Source of the DNA: an archaeon
Lineage (GTDB): Archaea; Asgardarchaeota; Thorarchaeia; Thorarchaeales; Thorarchaeaceae
Assembly (NCBI GenBank): GCA_024276825.1
Contig: JAJRWI010000048.1
Location: 1-57,367, forward strand
Direction of reading: 5' to 3'
DNA: 57,367 nucleotides
The notes under the pieces are model-generated. The model saw only the letters and a program-made list of their open reading frames with translations, made no database searches and was not told where the DNA came from. The position numbers and the translations under genes are program-made. Every line of letters starts with the position of its first letter. Position 1 is the stretch's first letter. This document shows positions 36,736 through 45,834 of the stretch, in pieces.

Positions 36736-39141
36736 TTAGATTATTGAGCTGATAATAATTATCGAGCTCACTTCTATAGTCGCGATTGCTGGAAACACCC
36801 AGAACTCAGAACTCATAATTCTTTTCCTTGAAAGAGCATCTGTCAGAATGAAAGTGACCTTATAGAACCCCTTTGATTTTGGTAAGAATGAATAGCTGAA
36901 TCGATAATAACTGCTATTCATAACTGATTGGACTACAGTATTCCCCGATTCAATATCATAGACAATGATCTCGCATTGAACTGAATTGAATGCAATCACT
37001 GTGAAATTCACATATGTGTTCTCATCAAATGAGTCGATTATGAAATCATAAACGACTGGTCCTTGTGGAATAATTGAATTGACCAAATTCTGCAAGAATT
37101 GATTATTATCCGCATTTTCTTGGATTGACCTATAAAGCACAAGGTCATCAATAATCGAGTATGATGATAAAGCTATTACAGTGCCGTTCCCAACTCTGCT
37201 TTTGGCAATAATTGCATGCTCATTATCTTGTTCGTTCAAAACAATAGCCTTAGCACTTGTACTATTTTCATCAACATGAATAGTTGTTCCCCATGCTACA
37301 TACAAATTTGAAACATTTGTTGTTAATTCATCCTCAATAATGGAATCATTATAATCTTCTCCATACAATAATCCATGTTGAGAATCTATCCCCTCCCCTA
37401 TTCCATAATAGTTGAAATGTAGCCCAAATGGATTGAGTATTCTATTGCAATCATAAAGATTGAAGTCCGCTTTGTTGCTGGTTGTATTGAAATAGCCTCC
37501 AGCCACAATCAATGTGCCCCCTCTTTCCGCAAATCTCTGTATTGCTGATATATCGGAATCAGAATGATTTTCGACTTGTGATGATATAATCAAAACATCC
37601 AATGTTTCCATATAATCTGAATCTAATTGAAACAGGTCCTCTGTAAAAACATCATACTGTTCAAGTCTTCTCATCAATGTTGTAAAGTATTGACTTTTAG
37701 TTTGATCAATACCACTTGATCTATCAAGTGCTGCCCTGCCGCCAAAACTAACTAAATTAATATCAACTGGAATCTCTCTTTTATCAGGTGGTAGTCCCTC
37801 AAGAGTTATCACCCCAGCAATGTGTTGCTCAACATTGGATTCTAATCCACCAAACCTGAATGAAACTGTAAAGTTGGAGTATCCCTTTTTAACGTAAATA
37901 TAATCTTGACATTGAATGTATTCCTCTATGTCATCATCAATATTGATTGCTGTCTTTCCAATATCATAAGTTGATATGACCTGTATTGTAAAATTATAGG
38001 TCACGGTAGATGCGATGAAGACTCTATAGTATGGGATTGTGAGGAGCCTTCTTGGTGTCACCACTACAATATCCAAATCATTACTTCTTGCTATTTCCAT
38101 ACTTCGTGTGATGTTGATACGTCCCATTCCTTGCTCCTGTGGGTCCAGACCAAGATCATCTGCACCATCCATTATTATTGCCTTGACTTCCAATGGATCG
38201 AGATCTCTATTCTCTTCAAGAATCAATGCAGCCAATCCGGCAACTTGCGGAGCAGCAGCTGATGTGCCAGAGAATAACGTGTAATTCTTGCCCCATGCAT
38301 CATTGATTGGCAATTGATCCAGAGAGTTCTTACCCCTTGCAGTGAATACCTCATAACCCAAAGCTACTACATCTGGCTTGGGCCAATTTCCAATGGGTGA
38401 GTATTCCCTAGATACTGGCCCTCGACTGCTGAATGGAGCAGTAATGTTGTTTGGCATAATCGCCCCGACCCCTATGACCGGAATTGAGGCCGCAGGGCTA
38501 TTAATTGTGTTCGAACTGGGCCCCGAGTTTCCAGCCGAAGCAATAACAACAACTCCATTATCAATGGCTTTTTCACACGCCGTTATTACGGGATCATTTC
38601 TCAGAAACTCGAAAAAGCCACCACCAATGCTCATGCAAATCACATTTGCCCCATTTCTCGTTGCAAAATCAATTGCGCTTGCAATGTCTTCCTTTTGGCC
38701 TCTAAGTCTATTATCAAGAACTTTAATAATCAGCAGTCGTGCCCCAGGTGCAATTCCTTGATATCTTTTATCGCATAACTCTCCCGACCCTGCAATAATC
38801 CATGCTACCATAGTTCCATGACCATTATCATCGTAGCTACTAATACCATCCGAGGGATCCATATCATCACGATTATTTACATAGTCCTTGAATCCAACTA
38901 TTTGACCTTCAAAGTCAGGGTGATTGGCATCAAGTCCCGAATCAATGACTGCTACCAGAACATCTGAAGTATTCACGACCTGATTCTTTATCATATGATG
39001 ATTGATTATCTCATGATCCGAAATGGGTTCTACAAGGGTTGGACTACTATTGGGCGGTTGTGTCGGTATGGCAAAAATGAATAATATGCAGAGGATAGTT
39101 GCAAGGCCTCTCTGAAAATGGCAAATATTTGTTCTTCTCAT
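36736..39141 (-). CDS. S8 serine protease with GIFT/DUF4350-type domain; C-terminal TM anchor cut by a TAA
   Basis: VAVIDSG, DDNGHGT, SAGNSG, FSSRGP, KPDV, SGTSAAAP; RGGTLIVAG...NRILNPFG...GNGTVIAL...DNNQFL; frame continues past the stop to 36673. Confidence 0.88.
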   Translation of the reverse strand: MRRTNICHFQRGLATILCILFIFAIPTQPPNSSPTLVEPISDHEIINHHMIKNQVVNTSDVLVAVIDSGLDANHPDFEGQIVGFKDYVNNRDDMDPSDGISSYDDNGHGTMVAWIIAGSGELCDKRYQGIAPGARLLIIKVLDNRLRGQKEDIASAIDFATRNGANVICMSIGGGFFEFLRNDPVITACEKAIDNGVVVIASAGNSGPSSNTINSPAASIPVIGVGAIMPNNITAPFSSRGPVSREYSPIGNWPKPDVVALGYEVFTARGKNSLDQLPINDAWGKNYTLFSGTSAAAPQVAGLAALILEENRDLDPLEVKAIIMDGADDLGLDPQEQGMGRINITRSMEIARSNDLDIVVVTPRRLLTIPYYRVFIASTVTYNFTIQVISTYDIGKTAINIDDDIEEYIQCQDYIYVKKGYSNFTVSFRFGGLESNVEQHIAGVITLEGLPPDKREIPVDINLVSFGGRAALDRSSGIDQTKSQYFTTLMRRLEQYDVFTEDLFQLDSDYMETLDVLIISSQVENHSDSDISAIQRFAERGGTLIVAGGYFNTTSNKADFNLYDCNRILNPFGLHFNYYGIGEGIDSQHGLLYGEDYNDSIIEDELTTNVSNLYVAWGTTIHVDENSTSAKAIVLNEQDNEHAIIAKSRVGNGTVIALSSYSIIDDLVLYRSIQENADNNQFLQNLVNSIIPQGPVVYDFIIDSFDENTYVNFTVIAFNSVQCEIIVYDIESGNTVVQSVMNSSYYRFSYSFLPKSKGFYKVTFILTDALSRKRIMSSEFWVFPAIATIEVSSIIIISSII

Positions 39142-39216
39142 GGGAAATAATCACGATGCTGGAACCTTATGTAATGCATATTTTTCTTTCCATCGAAGGC
39201 CCTGCAACTAACCTAA

Positions 39217-40251
39217 TCACTCTATTTTCCCCATGGTCAGTGCCATAATTGCCTTCTGAACATGAAGACGATTCTCTGCTACATCATAGACAATCGAGCG
39301 CGAACCATCACACACCTCATCGGTGACCTCGGCATTCCGATCAACAGGACCACAATGTGTGAAGAATGCATCGTTTGTGAGGCTCATCCATTCTTTTGTT
39401 GTGATCCAATCATCATGCTTTGCTGCCCTCTCGATCTCTATCTGTTTCGCCTTTTCAACACCATGCTTTGCCATATTGTCATAGAAGGCTGAGGTCATCC
39501 AGTTCCTTGAATAGACTATGTCTGCACCAGTGTATGCCTCCTCCAAGTCATGCACTATCTCAAACCTACCCCCTGCCATTTCAGCATTCTCCTCGCACAT
39601 CTTGATCACTTCGGGGTCAAGGTCATATCCCGGCGGGTACGCGAGGGTCACGTCCATTCCAAAGCGGGTGTTTATAAGGATGCTCTCCTGAACAGAACAC
39701 CATGACCTGACAAGAGCGCCTTTTCCCCACACCTGAACAAACTTCTTACCCTTGAGATCCTTGCCAGCATGCATCTTGTAGCCCATGACATCTGCCAGCC
39801 CCTGACATGGATGAAACTTGTCATGTGCCATGCTCACTATGGGTACACTGGCATACTTTGCGTACTCCTGAAGAAGCTCATGGCCCTGACCATAATACTC
39901 CAAGGCAGTTTCAAGAATCCTGATCCCTATGCCCACTGCATACCTGCTCATGACATTAGCAGCGTCCTGAATCGTTTCACCCGCCTTCTTGCCAGTCTTC
40001 AGTCTCATGGACTTTGGTTCAAGAAACTGCGCATGACCTCCCAGCTCGGTGGCTGCCGCCTCAAACGACTGCCGGGTCCTTACGCTGGGGTTATAAAAAA
40101 ACATGAAGAATGTCCGTCTGTCAAGGCAGTTATTCAGTGGGTGGTCGTATCTGTTTGCCTTGAACTCAAAGGCAAGATCTAGAGTTCTCTGAAGATCTTC
40201 TATACTCCAGTCCTGCGTGCACAATAAGTCGCGTCCTTTTAGGTCATTCAT
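39217..40251 (-). CDS. Second atypical ornithine carbamoyltransferase-family transcarbamylase
   Basis: SVRTRQSF, HPCQGLAD, HCGP (HCLP variant), AENRLH; no SMG motif. Confidence 0.87.
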   Translation of the reverse strand: MNDLKGRDLLCTQDWSIEDLQRTLDLAFEFKANRYDHPLNNCLDRRTFFMFFYNPSVRTRQSFEAAATELGGHAQFLEPKSMRLKTGKKAGETIQDAANVMSRYAVGIGIRILETALEYYGQGHELLQEYAKYASVPIVSMAHDKFHPCQGLADVMGYKMHAGKDLKGKKFVQVWGKGALVRSWCSVQESILINTRFGMDVTLAYPPGYDLDPEVIKMCEENAEMAGGRFEIVHDLEEAYTGADIVYSRNWMTSAFYDNMAKHGVEKAKQIEIERAAKHDDWITTKEWMSLTNDAFFTHCGPVDRNAEVTDEVCDGSRSIVYDVAENRLHVQKAIMALTMGKIE

Positions 40252-40306
40252 CTCATTTCACAGTACTCTGGTCAGCTCCTACTAGTTTTAGATGTATCGG
40301 AGAATA

Positions 40307-41197
40307 TCACCATGCGCCCTCTTTCGAGTCGAACGCATTCAGAATAATATACAGCACAATTCCCAGCATGAGCACAATTGCAAAGAAACCCGTGAGAAAG
40401 GTCCTTCCTCCCTCAATTGTCCAGTAGAGGTTGCTGCCCGAGAAACTCTGGCCATAGATCGTGCCGTAGATCAGACCAATGGCCATTGTCACATACGGGA
40501 TGCTCAGAAACAAAATGACTGCCAACATTAAAAGGCCTGCTCTCTTCAACCACGCCTTAGATATCCCAATCCCTTGCTTATCGGTCTGTTTCGCCTCATT
40601 CATGGCTTTTGCTTTGGGTTCTTCCAATTCGGTTTCCATTGGTATCCCTCTAAGCAGCAATCTTTCATTCAATCGATAGTATTTCCACCACAACCAGCTT
40701 TTGAAGCCTTCTATTGAGATGTCCCTCTCCCTTGATAACAGACTGTTGCAGAGCCTGTACACCAGTAGCCCAATAATGAATGATGGAACAATGGGCTCTC
40801 TCATATAGTATATCACCAAGACATTGTAAGACACTGCTGACACTCTTAGTGCTATTAGACCTGCAAACAGATTGGACCTTGTCCCTAATACACTTCTTCG
40901 CGTGTGTATGTAATATGAACCTGCTATCATCGCAAATGCCACAAATGACACTATGTCCGCTATGATCCATAGCACCCACAGATTGCTCACCATCGCCCAG
41001 CGAACAAACGGGTTATACTCGTACTCTATCCCATGTATTTGTATTAGCATCATTGTGAATATGACATCTGCCACCCCTATCGGCGCAATCGATAACACAA
41101 ATGCCCTGATCCACCGCTCCCGCCACCATAACGAGAACATCTCCCTCACTGTCATCGTCGCTAATGCAGATTTCTTTTGTCCATATAGCGCCGCCAC
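40307..41197 (-). CDS. Membrane protein with DUF5658-like N-terminal region
   Basis: ADVIFT....G..YEYNPF motif; about 6 TM. Confidence 0.6.
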   Translation of the reverse strand: MAALYGQKKSALATMTVREMFSLWWRERWIRAFVLSIAPIGVADVIFTMMLIQIHGIEYEYNPFVRWAMVSNLWVLWIIADIVSFVAFAMIAGSYYIHTRRSVLGTRSNLFAGLIALRVSAVSYNVLVIYYMREPIVPSFIIGLLVYRLCNSLLSRERDISIEGFKSWLWWKYYRLNERLLLRGIPMETELEEPKAKAMNEAKQTDKQGIGISKAWLKRAGLLMLAVILFLSIPYVTMAIGLIYGTIYGQSFSGSNLYWTIEGGRTFLTGFFAIVLMLGIVLYIILNAFDSKEGAW

Positions 41198-41261
41198 TAA
41201 GGTCGCACCATAATTACATTGTCGCCTCTTCTGATAAATTCTATGCTCGATGCCAGAAACT

Positions 41262-41300
41262 AAAAAAAAAAGAATAGCTGCAGAGAGTCAGACTCTCTGC
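41262..41300 (-). terminator. Hairpin plus U-tract after the ABC substrate-binding gene
   Basis: GCAGAGAGT-cag-ACTCTCTGC stem; A10 on + strand. Confidence 0.6.
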
Positions 41301-41328
41301 TTTTGTTCTAAACTATGTTCTACAGCCA

Positions 41329-43200
41329 TCACAACTTGAACATGTGATAGAAGTATGCTCCATGCATTGGGTTAGCTGCGTACTGGACGTTGTAGACGTT
41401 GGCACGACTGACTAGGAATGTGGTTGCCTGATAGACCCAGATGTAGGCCGCATGCTCGATGATGGCATCCTGAATCTTGCCGTATAGCGAAATTCGCTCG
41501 GCCTCATCCTGACTCTTTGCAGCCTGTTCAATCCATCCGTCTACTGTTGCGGCGTCCCAACCCTCTGACTCGGCAAGTCTGGCCCAGTATCCGTAGGTCC
41601 CTGTGCTCTTCACGTATGGTCCTACGTAGTTATCTGGGTCTGCATAGTCAGGAGCCCAACCGATCATCCAACATCCAACCTTGCCATCGATGGCAGCACC
41701 AATGTAGGTGGCCCATTCGAGGCCTTGGACGTTGATGGTGAGTTCAGAGCTTGGCTGGACAGCGTCATCTCTTGCAAGCATGGCGGTAAGGCCGTCCTTA
41801 AGGAGAAGCATGCCCTTTCTTCGGACCTCATTGCCAGAGTTGTAGTAGAGTGTGATGGTATAGGAGTTGTTAGCAAGGATAGCGTCGAGGCCATCGTCAT
41901 TCATGGCCTTGTTCCAGTAATCAACTGCCTTATCGAGGTCGTAGGTATAGACATAGGCTGAGTCGTTATGACCGAACATTCCTCTTGGGATTGGACCTTG
42001 ACCCTGTACGCCAAAGCCGTTGGTAATAGTGTCAATGAAGGTCTGGTAATCGAAGGCATAGCTGAATGCCTTACGGACATTCTTCAGTCTGAATGGGTTC
42101 TCCACAACTCTATTCAAGGAGCTCTCATTCATTGTTTGAGACATTGTGAAGTGAATTGAAGCAATGTTGAAGCTTGGGTACTTGGCCCAAATCTTGATGT
42201 TCGGATTAAGGCTCTGGACTGTACCGTCGTTTGACTCAAAGGCTGGTGGTGAAACGTTGTTGTAGATCTGGTAAGCGTTGGTAGTTGGCCAGTAGACCAC
42301 ATCAGCATCGCCTGTTTCGAGGTGCTGCTGTCTGCTGTTGAAGTCCTCAACAGTCCTGATGATGACTTTGTCAATAGCACCAGCGTATGGGAACATGGTC
42401 TTAGCGTCTGCCGCTCTCCAGTAGTTGGGGTTCCTCTCGAGAACAACCCTCTCGTCAACTGTCCACTCGGTCAGCATGTATGGTCCAGTACCACAGGTGT
42501 GAGTGTCAATATACTCATTATGTGCACCAATGGTAATACCACCATGAGCCTCAACCCAAGTGGGGCTGATCATTGCACCAACCTCGTAAGTGATTGCTGC
42601 AAGGAATGGTGTGTATGCGTATGCCAGTCTGATTCTGACTGTGTATGTGTCTAGGACGATAATAGCACCGGTCCCATTATCATTGGCCGCCTTCCAGTCG
42701 TTGAATGCGGCAATGTGTGCTGCTGAGCCGGGTCCATCGCCATAAACAGCAGCCTCGATGGCTGCACCGCCAAGGATGGGTTCTGCGACCATCCATACAG
42801 GACCGCCAGGATCAAATACAGCGAGCATTCTCTCGAAGTTGTACTTGACACAAGAAGCGTTGAATGGTGTTCCGTCGTGGAACGTGACTCCCTGACGGAG
42901 AGTGAAAGTGTAATTCAGGCCATCTGACGAAATCGAGACCGACTCGGCCAGCAATGGCACAACAGGGTCTGTACGTAGTGAGTCCCACTCATACGTGAAC
43001 AGAGTTTCGTACACGTTGTAGTGGATCCAGGAGCCGAATGACTCATAGTTGCTGTGCGGGTCCATATACTTTGGATTACCTATAGTTTCCCACACAAGTG
43101 TCTGCCCTGAAGGGGCAGGAGGAGTCATCATGATGTAAATGCCGGCGGCTCCAACTATCACTACGACAACCACGATCGCTAAGATCTGGTTTTTCTGCAT
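41329..43200 (-). CDS. Peptide/nickel ABC transporter substrate-binding protein (family 5)
   Basis: N-terminal anchor; PLLAES..IS.DGL.YTFTLRQGVTFHDGTPF, GTGPY, VRKAFSYAFD, GWAPDYADPD. Confidence 0.95.
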   Translation of the reverse strand: MQKNQILAIVVVVVIVGAAGIYIMMTPPAPSGQTLVWETIGNPKYMDPHSNYESFGSWIHYNVYETLFTYEWDSLRTDPVVPLLAESVSISSDGLNYTFTLRQGVTFHDGTPFNASCVKYNFERMLAVFDPGGPVWMVAEPILGGAAIEAAVYGDGPGSAAHIAAFNDWKAANDNGTGAIIVLDTYTVRIRLAYAYTPFLAAITYEVGAMISPTWVEAHGGITIGAHNEYIDTHTCGTGPYMLTEWTVDERVVLERNPNYWRAADAKTMFPYAGAIDKVIIRTVEDFNSRQQHLETGDADVVYWPTTNAYQIYNNVSPPAFESNDGTVQSLNPNIKIWAKYPSFNIASIHFTMSQTMNESSLNRVVENPFRLKNVRKAFSYAFDYQTFIDTITNGFGVQGQGPIPRGMFGHNDSAYVYTYDLDKAVDYWNKAMNDDGLDAILANNSYTITLYYNSGNEVRRKGMLLLKDGLTAMLARDDAVQPSSELTINVQGLEWATYIGAAIDGKVGCWMIGWAPDYADPDNYVGPYVKSTGTYGYWARLAESEGWDAATVDGWIEQAAKSQDEAERISLYGKIQDAIIEHAAYIWVYQATTFLVSRANVYNVQYAANPMHGAYFYHMFKL

Positions 43201-43464
43201 GATAGTTTTATTCCTCCTTCTCTAACTAGTGTCTCACGCGAGACTCCAAGAACCTCTAGTAAAAGAGTGTTCTCTGGGATTAATTTAGTAATGATTGCAA
43301 CTAATATAGCTATCGACAGTTTGATTTGATGTGTGATTCTGCGCACAATAAACGCATCAAATAAAGAAAACAGACGAGTATTATGCAAAACTAAACGCTT
43401 AAGTATATCATAAAAATCGCAACCCATGATTAGACAATTGAAATGATAATTGGTGGTATGCAGA

Positions 43465-44499
43465 ATGAAACTCCGGGACTTCATCTTGCGAAGAATGATT
43501 CTCGCAATTCCTGTGATATTTGGGGTTCTAGTGATCACCTGGTTTCTCGCCTTCCAGGTTGGAGACCCCGCGGCCATGTATATCAATGAGAACACGCCTC
43601 AATCAGCAATTGAATCGATAAGAAAGGCACATGGTCTTGATGAACCTCCTCACATCCAATTCATTCTATATTTGACAAATCTGTTTCAGGGAAATTGGGG
43701 TGAGAGCACATCGACCAGCTTTAGACCTGTGCTAGAGGTCATTGCACTGAAGTTTCCTGCGACCATAGAGCTGGCCATGCTAGCAATGTTCTTTGCCATT
43801 ATTTTGGGAATCCCACTAGGCATAATCTCTGCTACCAAAAAGGACACGGTTGTCGATCATTTCACACGTGTATTCTCACTAGCAGGGGTTTCAATGCCCA
43901 TCTTCTGGTTCGCACTCATGCTGAAATATGTGTTCTACTATCAGTTAGCCATTATGGGGTTGCCTCACCTGCCTGGCTCGTTTCGGTATGATGACCTGAT
44001 GTTTCCGGACTTCAAGTATACCACCGGATTTCTGCTGTTCGACTCGATAGTGTTCGAACACAATCCAAGACTGTTCCTTGATGCACTGGCACACCTTGCG
44101 ATGCCTGCATTCTGTCTGGGATACCTGACACTTGCAATCATCACTAGAATGATGCGTTCGAGTATGCTTGAAGTAATGAGGGAGGACTACATCACTCTGG
44201 CAAGATCAAAAGGCTTGTCCGAGCGAGTTGTCATCTACAAGCATGCCCTCAGAAACGCACTGATTCCGACTGTCACTGTTATTGGTCTTGCCTTTGGAGG
44301 CCTGATGACAGGCGCAGTCCTTACCGAAACCATCTTCAGCTGGCCCGGACTTGGCACCTGGGCTGCTCGTGCAATTCTGAACTCTGATCTGGCGGCAATC
44401 AATGGGTTTACACTCCTTGTTGCTCTGATCTTTGTGACAAGCAATCTTATAGTAGACCTTGTCTATGGGACGCTGGACCCACGAATTCGATATGGATAG
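43465..44499 (+). CDS. dppB: Peptide ABC transporter permease (DppB/OppB-like)
   Basis: GDPA, FPATIEL, RSSMLEV..EDYI.LARSKGL, HALRNA, ETIFSWPG, DPRIR. Confidence 0.93.
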   Translation: MKLRDFILRRMILAIPVIFGVLVITWFLAFQVGDPAAMYINENTPQSAIESIRKAHGLDEPPHIQFILYLTNLFQGNWGESTSTSFRPVLEVIALKFPATIELAMLAMFFAIILGIPLGIISATKKDTVVDHFTRVFSLAGVSMPIFWFALMLKYVFYYQLAIMGLPHLPGSFRYDDLMFPDFKYTTGFLLFDSIVFEHNPRLFLDALAHLAMPAFCLGYLTLAIITRMMRSSMLEVMREDYITLARSKGLSERVVIYKHALRNALIPTVTVIGLAFGGLMTGAVLTETIFSWPGLGTWAARAILNSDLAAINGFTLLVALIFVTSNLIVDLVYGTLDPRIRYG

Positions 44500-44502
44500 G
44501 GG

Positions 44503-45831
44503 ATGGAAACAATGAGTGAACATTATTTCGACGACGTTGAAAGCTATGAGCTGAAAGGAATGAATCACCTGATCACATGGTTACTTCATCTTCTAGCGGG
44601 CCTTGTCATTCTAACAATAGCAAGTACGATTCTTGCATTTCAGATTACAGCTCTTATCGCAATACAAATTGGATTTTCAATAACTCTTTCCGAATCATTT
44701 GCAATAGGTGCACTTCAATTACTGATTGCAGTGATAGTTAGCTATATCCTGATCAAGCTTTCAATTGCAATTCAAAGCAGCGAGCTCTGGGCATTTTCGA
44801 CATCTCTCTATCTTAACCTGCTACTTTTGATTTTGCTTGCAACAATGGGCACCATTGGAATGATCTTCATATTCCTGCCAATAATCACTCTGATATCTCT
44901 GTTCTTGCCCAACATCAGAGAATACTGGTTCCCCCTGTTCAAAGAAGATATGGGTCCAAGAATCAAAGAGATCAGGTACAGCCTCTATCTTGTCAGAAAG
45001 AGCCCGCTTGTTGTTGCAGGAGTCATAATCATTGTGTCATTCGTGGTTCTTGCTTTCCTGGCGCCATTCTTTACACCCTACGGTCCTGAACAGCGAATCT
45101 GGGCTGACTATAACCTCCCTCCGGGCTCTCCAAGCACAGATCCCAATATGCCAATTCACATCTGGGGCACGGATGACAGCGGTGGTGATGTGTTCAGCAG
45201 AATATTCTGGGCTGCTCAAGTTGACCTTCGTATCTCAGTCACTGTCGTTGCAGTTGCCGTCACTGTTGGCACACTCATCGGAGCGATTTCGGGCTTCTAT
45301 GGCGGCAAGATTGATGAACTTGTGATGAGAATCACTGATGTGTTCTTCGCATTCCCAGGTCTTGTTCTTGCCATGGCCATTGTCATGGCTCTGGGTGAGC
45401 GAAGTCTTGATAACATTGCAATAGCGCTTATGGTCACATGGTGGCCAGGATATGCCCGACTCGTCAGAGGTCAGGTCCTTGCCGAACGTGAAAAGCTCTA
45501 CGTGGAAGCTGCTCGCTCAATTGGTGCAAGCGACATGAGAATCCTGCTCGTGCATATCATTCCCAATACCATTCAACCAATTATCGTGTCAGCAACAATG
45601 GACACTGGCGGTGTCCTTCTCACAGCGGCAGGCTTGTCATGCATTGGCTTTGGCCCTCCTGCAGGAGTCGATGAATGGGGGCTGATGATCTCAATTGGCC
45701 AGTTTTACTATTCTATCGCGCCATGGGCAGTGTTCTTCCCAGGATTCGCAATCCTAATGACTTCTCTTGCATTCAACCTCGTCGGCGATGGCATAAGGGA
45801 CATCATGGATCCCAAACTAAGGAGGCGATAA
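44503..45831 (+). CDS. dppC: Peptide ABC transporter permease (DppC/OppC-like) with extra N-terminal TM region
   Basis: GTDDSGGDVFSR, YVEAARSIGA, HIIPN, FNLVGDGIRD.MDP. Confidence 0.92.
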   Translation: METMSEHYFDDVESYELKGMNHLITWLLHLLAGLVILTIASTILAFQITALIAIQIGFSITLSESFAIGALQLLIAVIVSYILIKLSIAIQSSELWAFSTSLYLNLLLLILLATMGTIGMIFIFLPIITLISLFLPNIREYWFPLFKEDMGPRIKEIRYSLYLVRKSPLVVAGVIIIVSFVVLAFLAPFFTPYGPEQRIWADYNLPPGSPSTDPNMPIHIWGTDDSGGDVFSRIFWAAQVDLRISVTVVAVAVTVGTLIGAISGFYGGKIDELVMRITDVFFAFPGLVLAMAIVMALGERSLDNIAIALMVTWWPGYARLVRGQVLAEREKLYVEAARSIGASDMRILLVHIIPNTIQPIIVSATMDTGGVLLTAAGLSCIGFGPPAGVDEWGLMISIGQFYYSIAPWAVFFPGFAILMTSLAFNLVGDGIRDIMDPKLRRR

Positions 45832-45834
45832 CTA

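Noticed and set aside
24853-39141. Genome-wide TAA reassignment to explain the two in-frame stops
   Set aside because: Many conserved genes here end properly at TAA (rubrerythrin, DegT, SCP2-operon paralog 2), and aRF1 NIKS and YxC motifs look canonical
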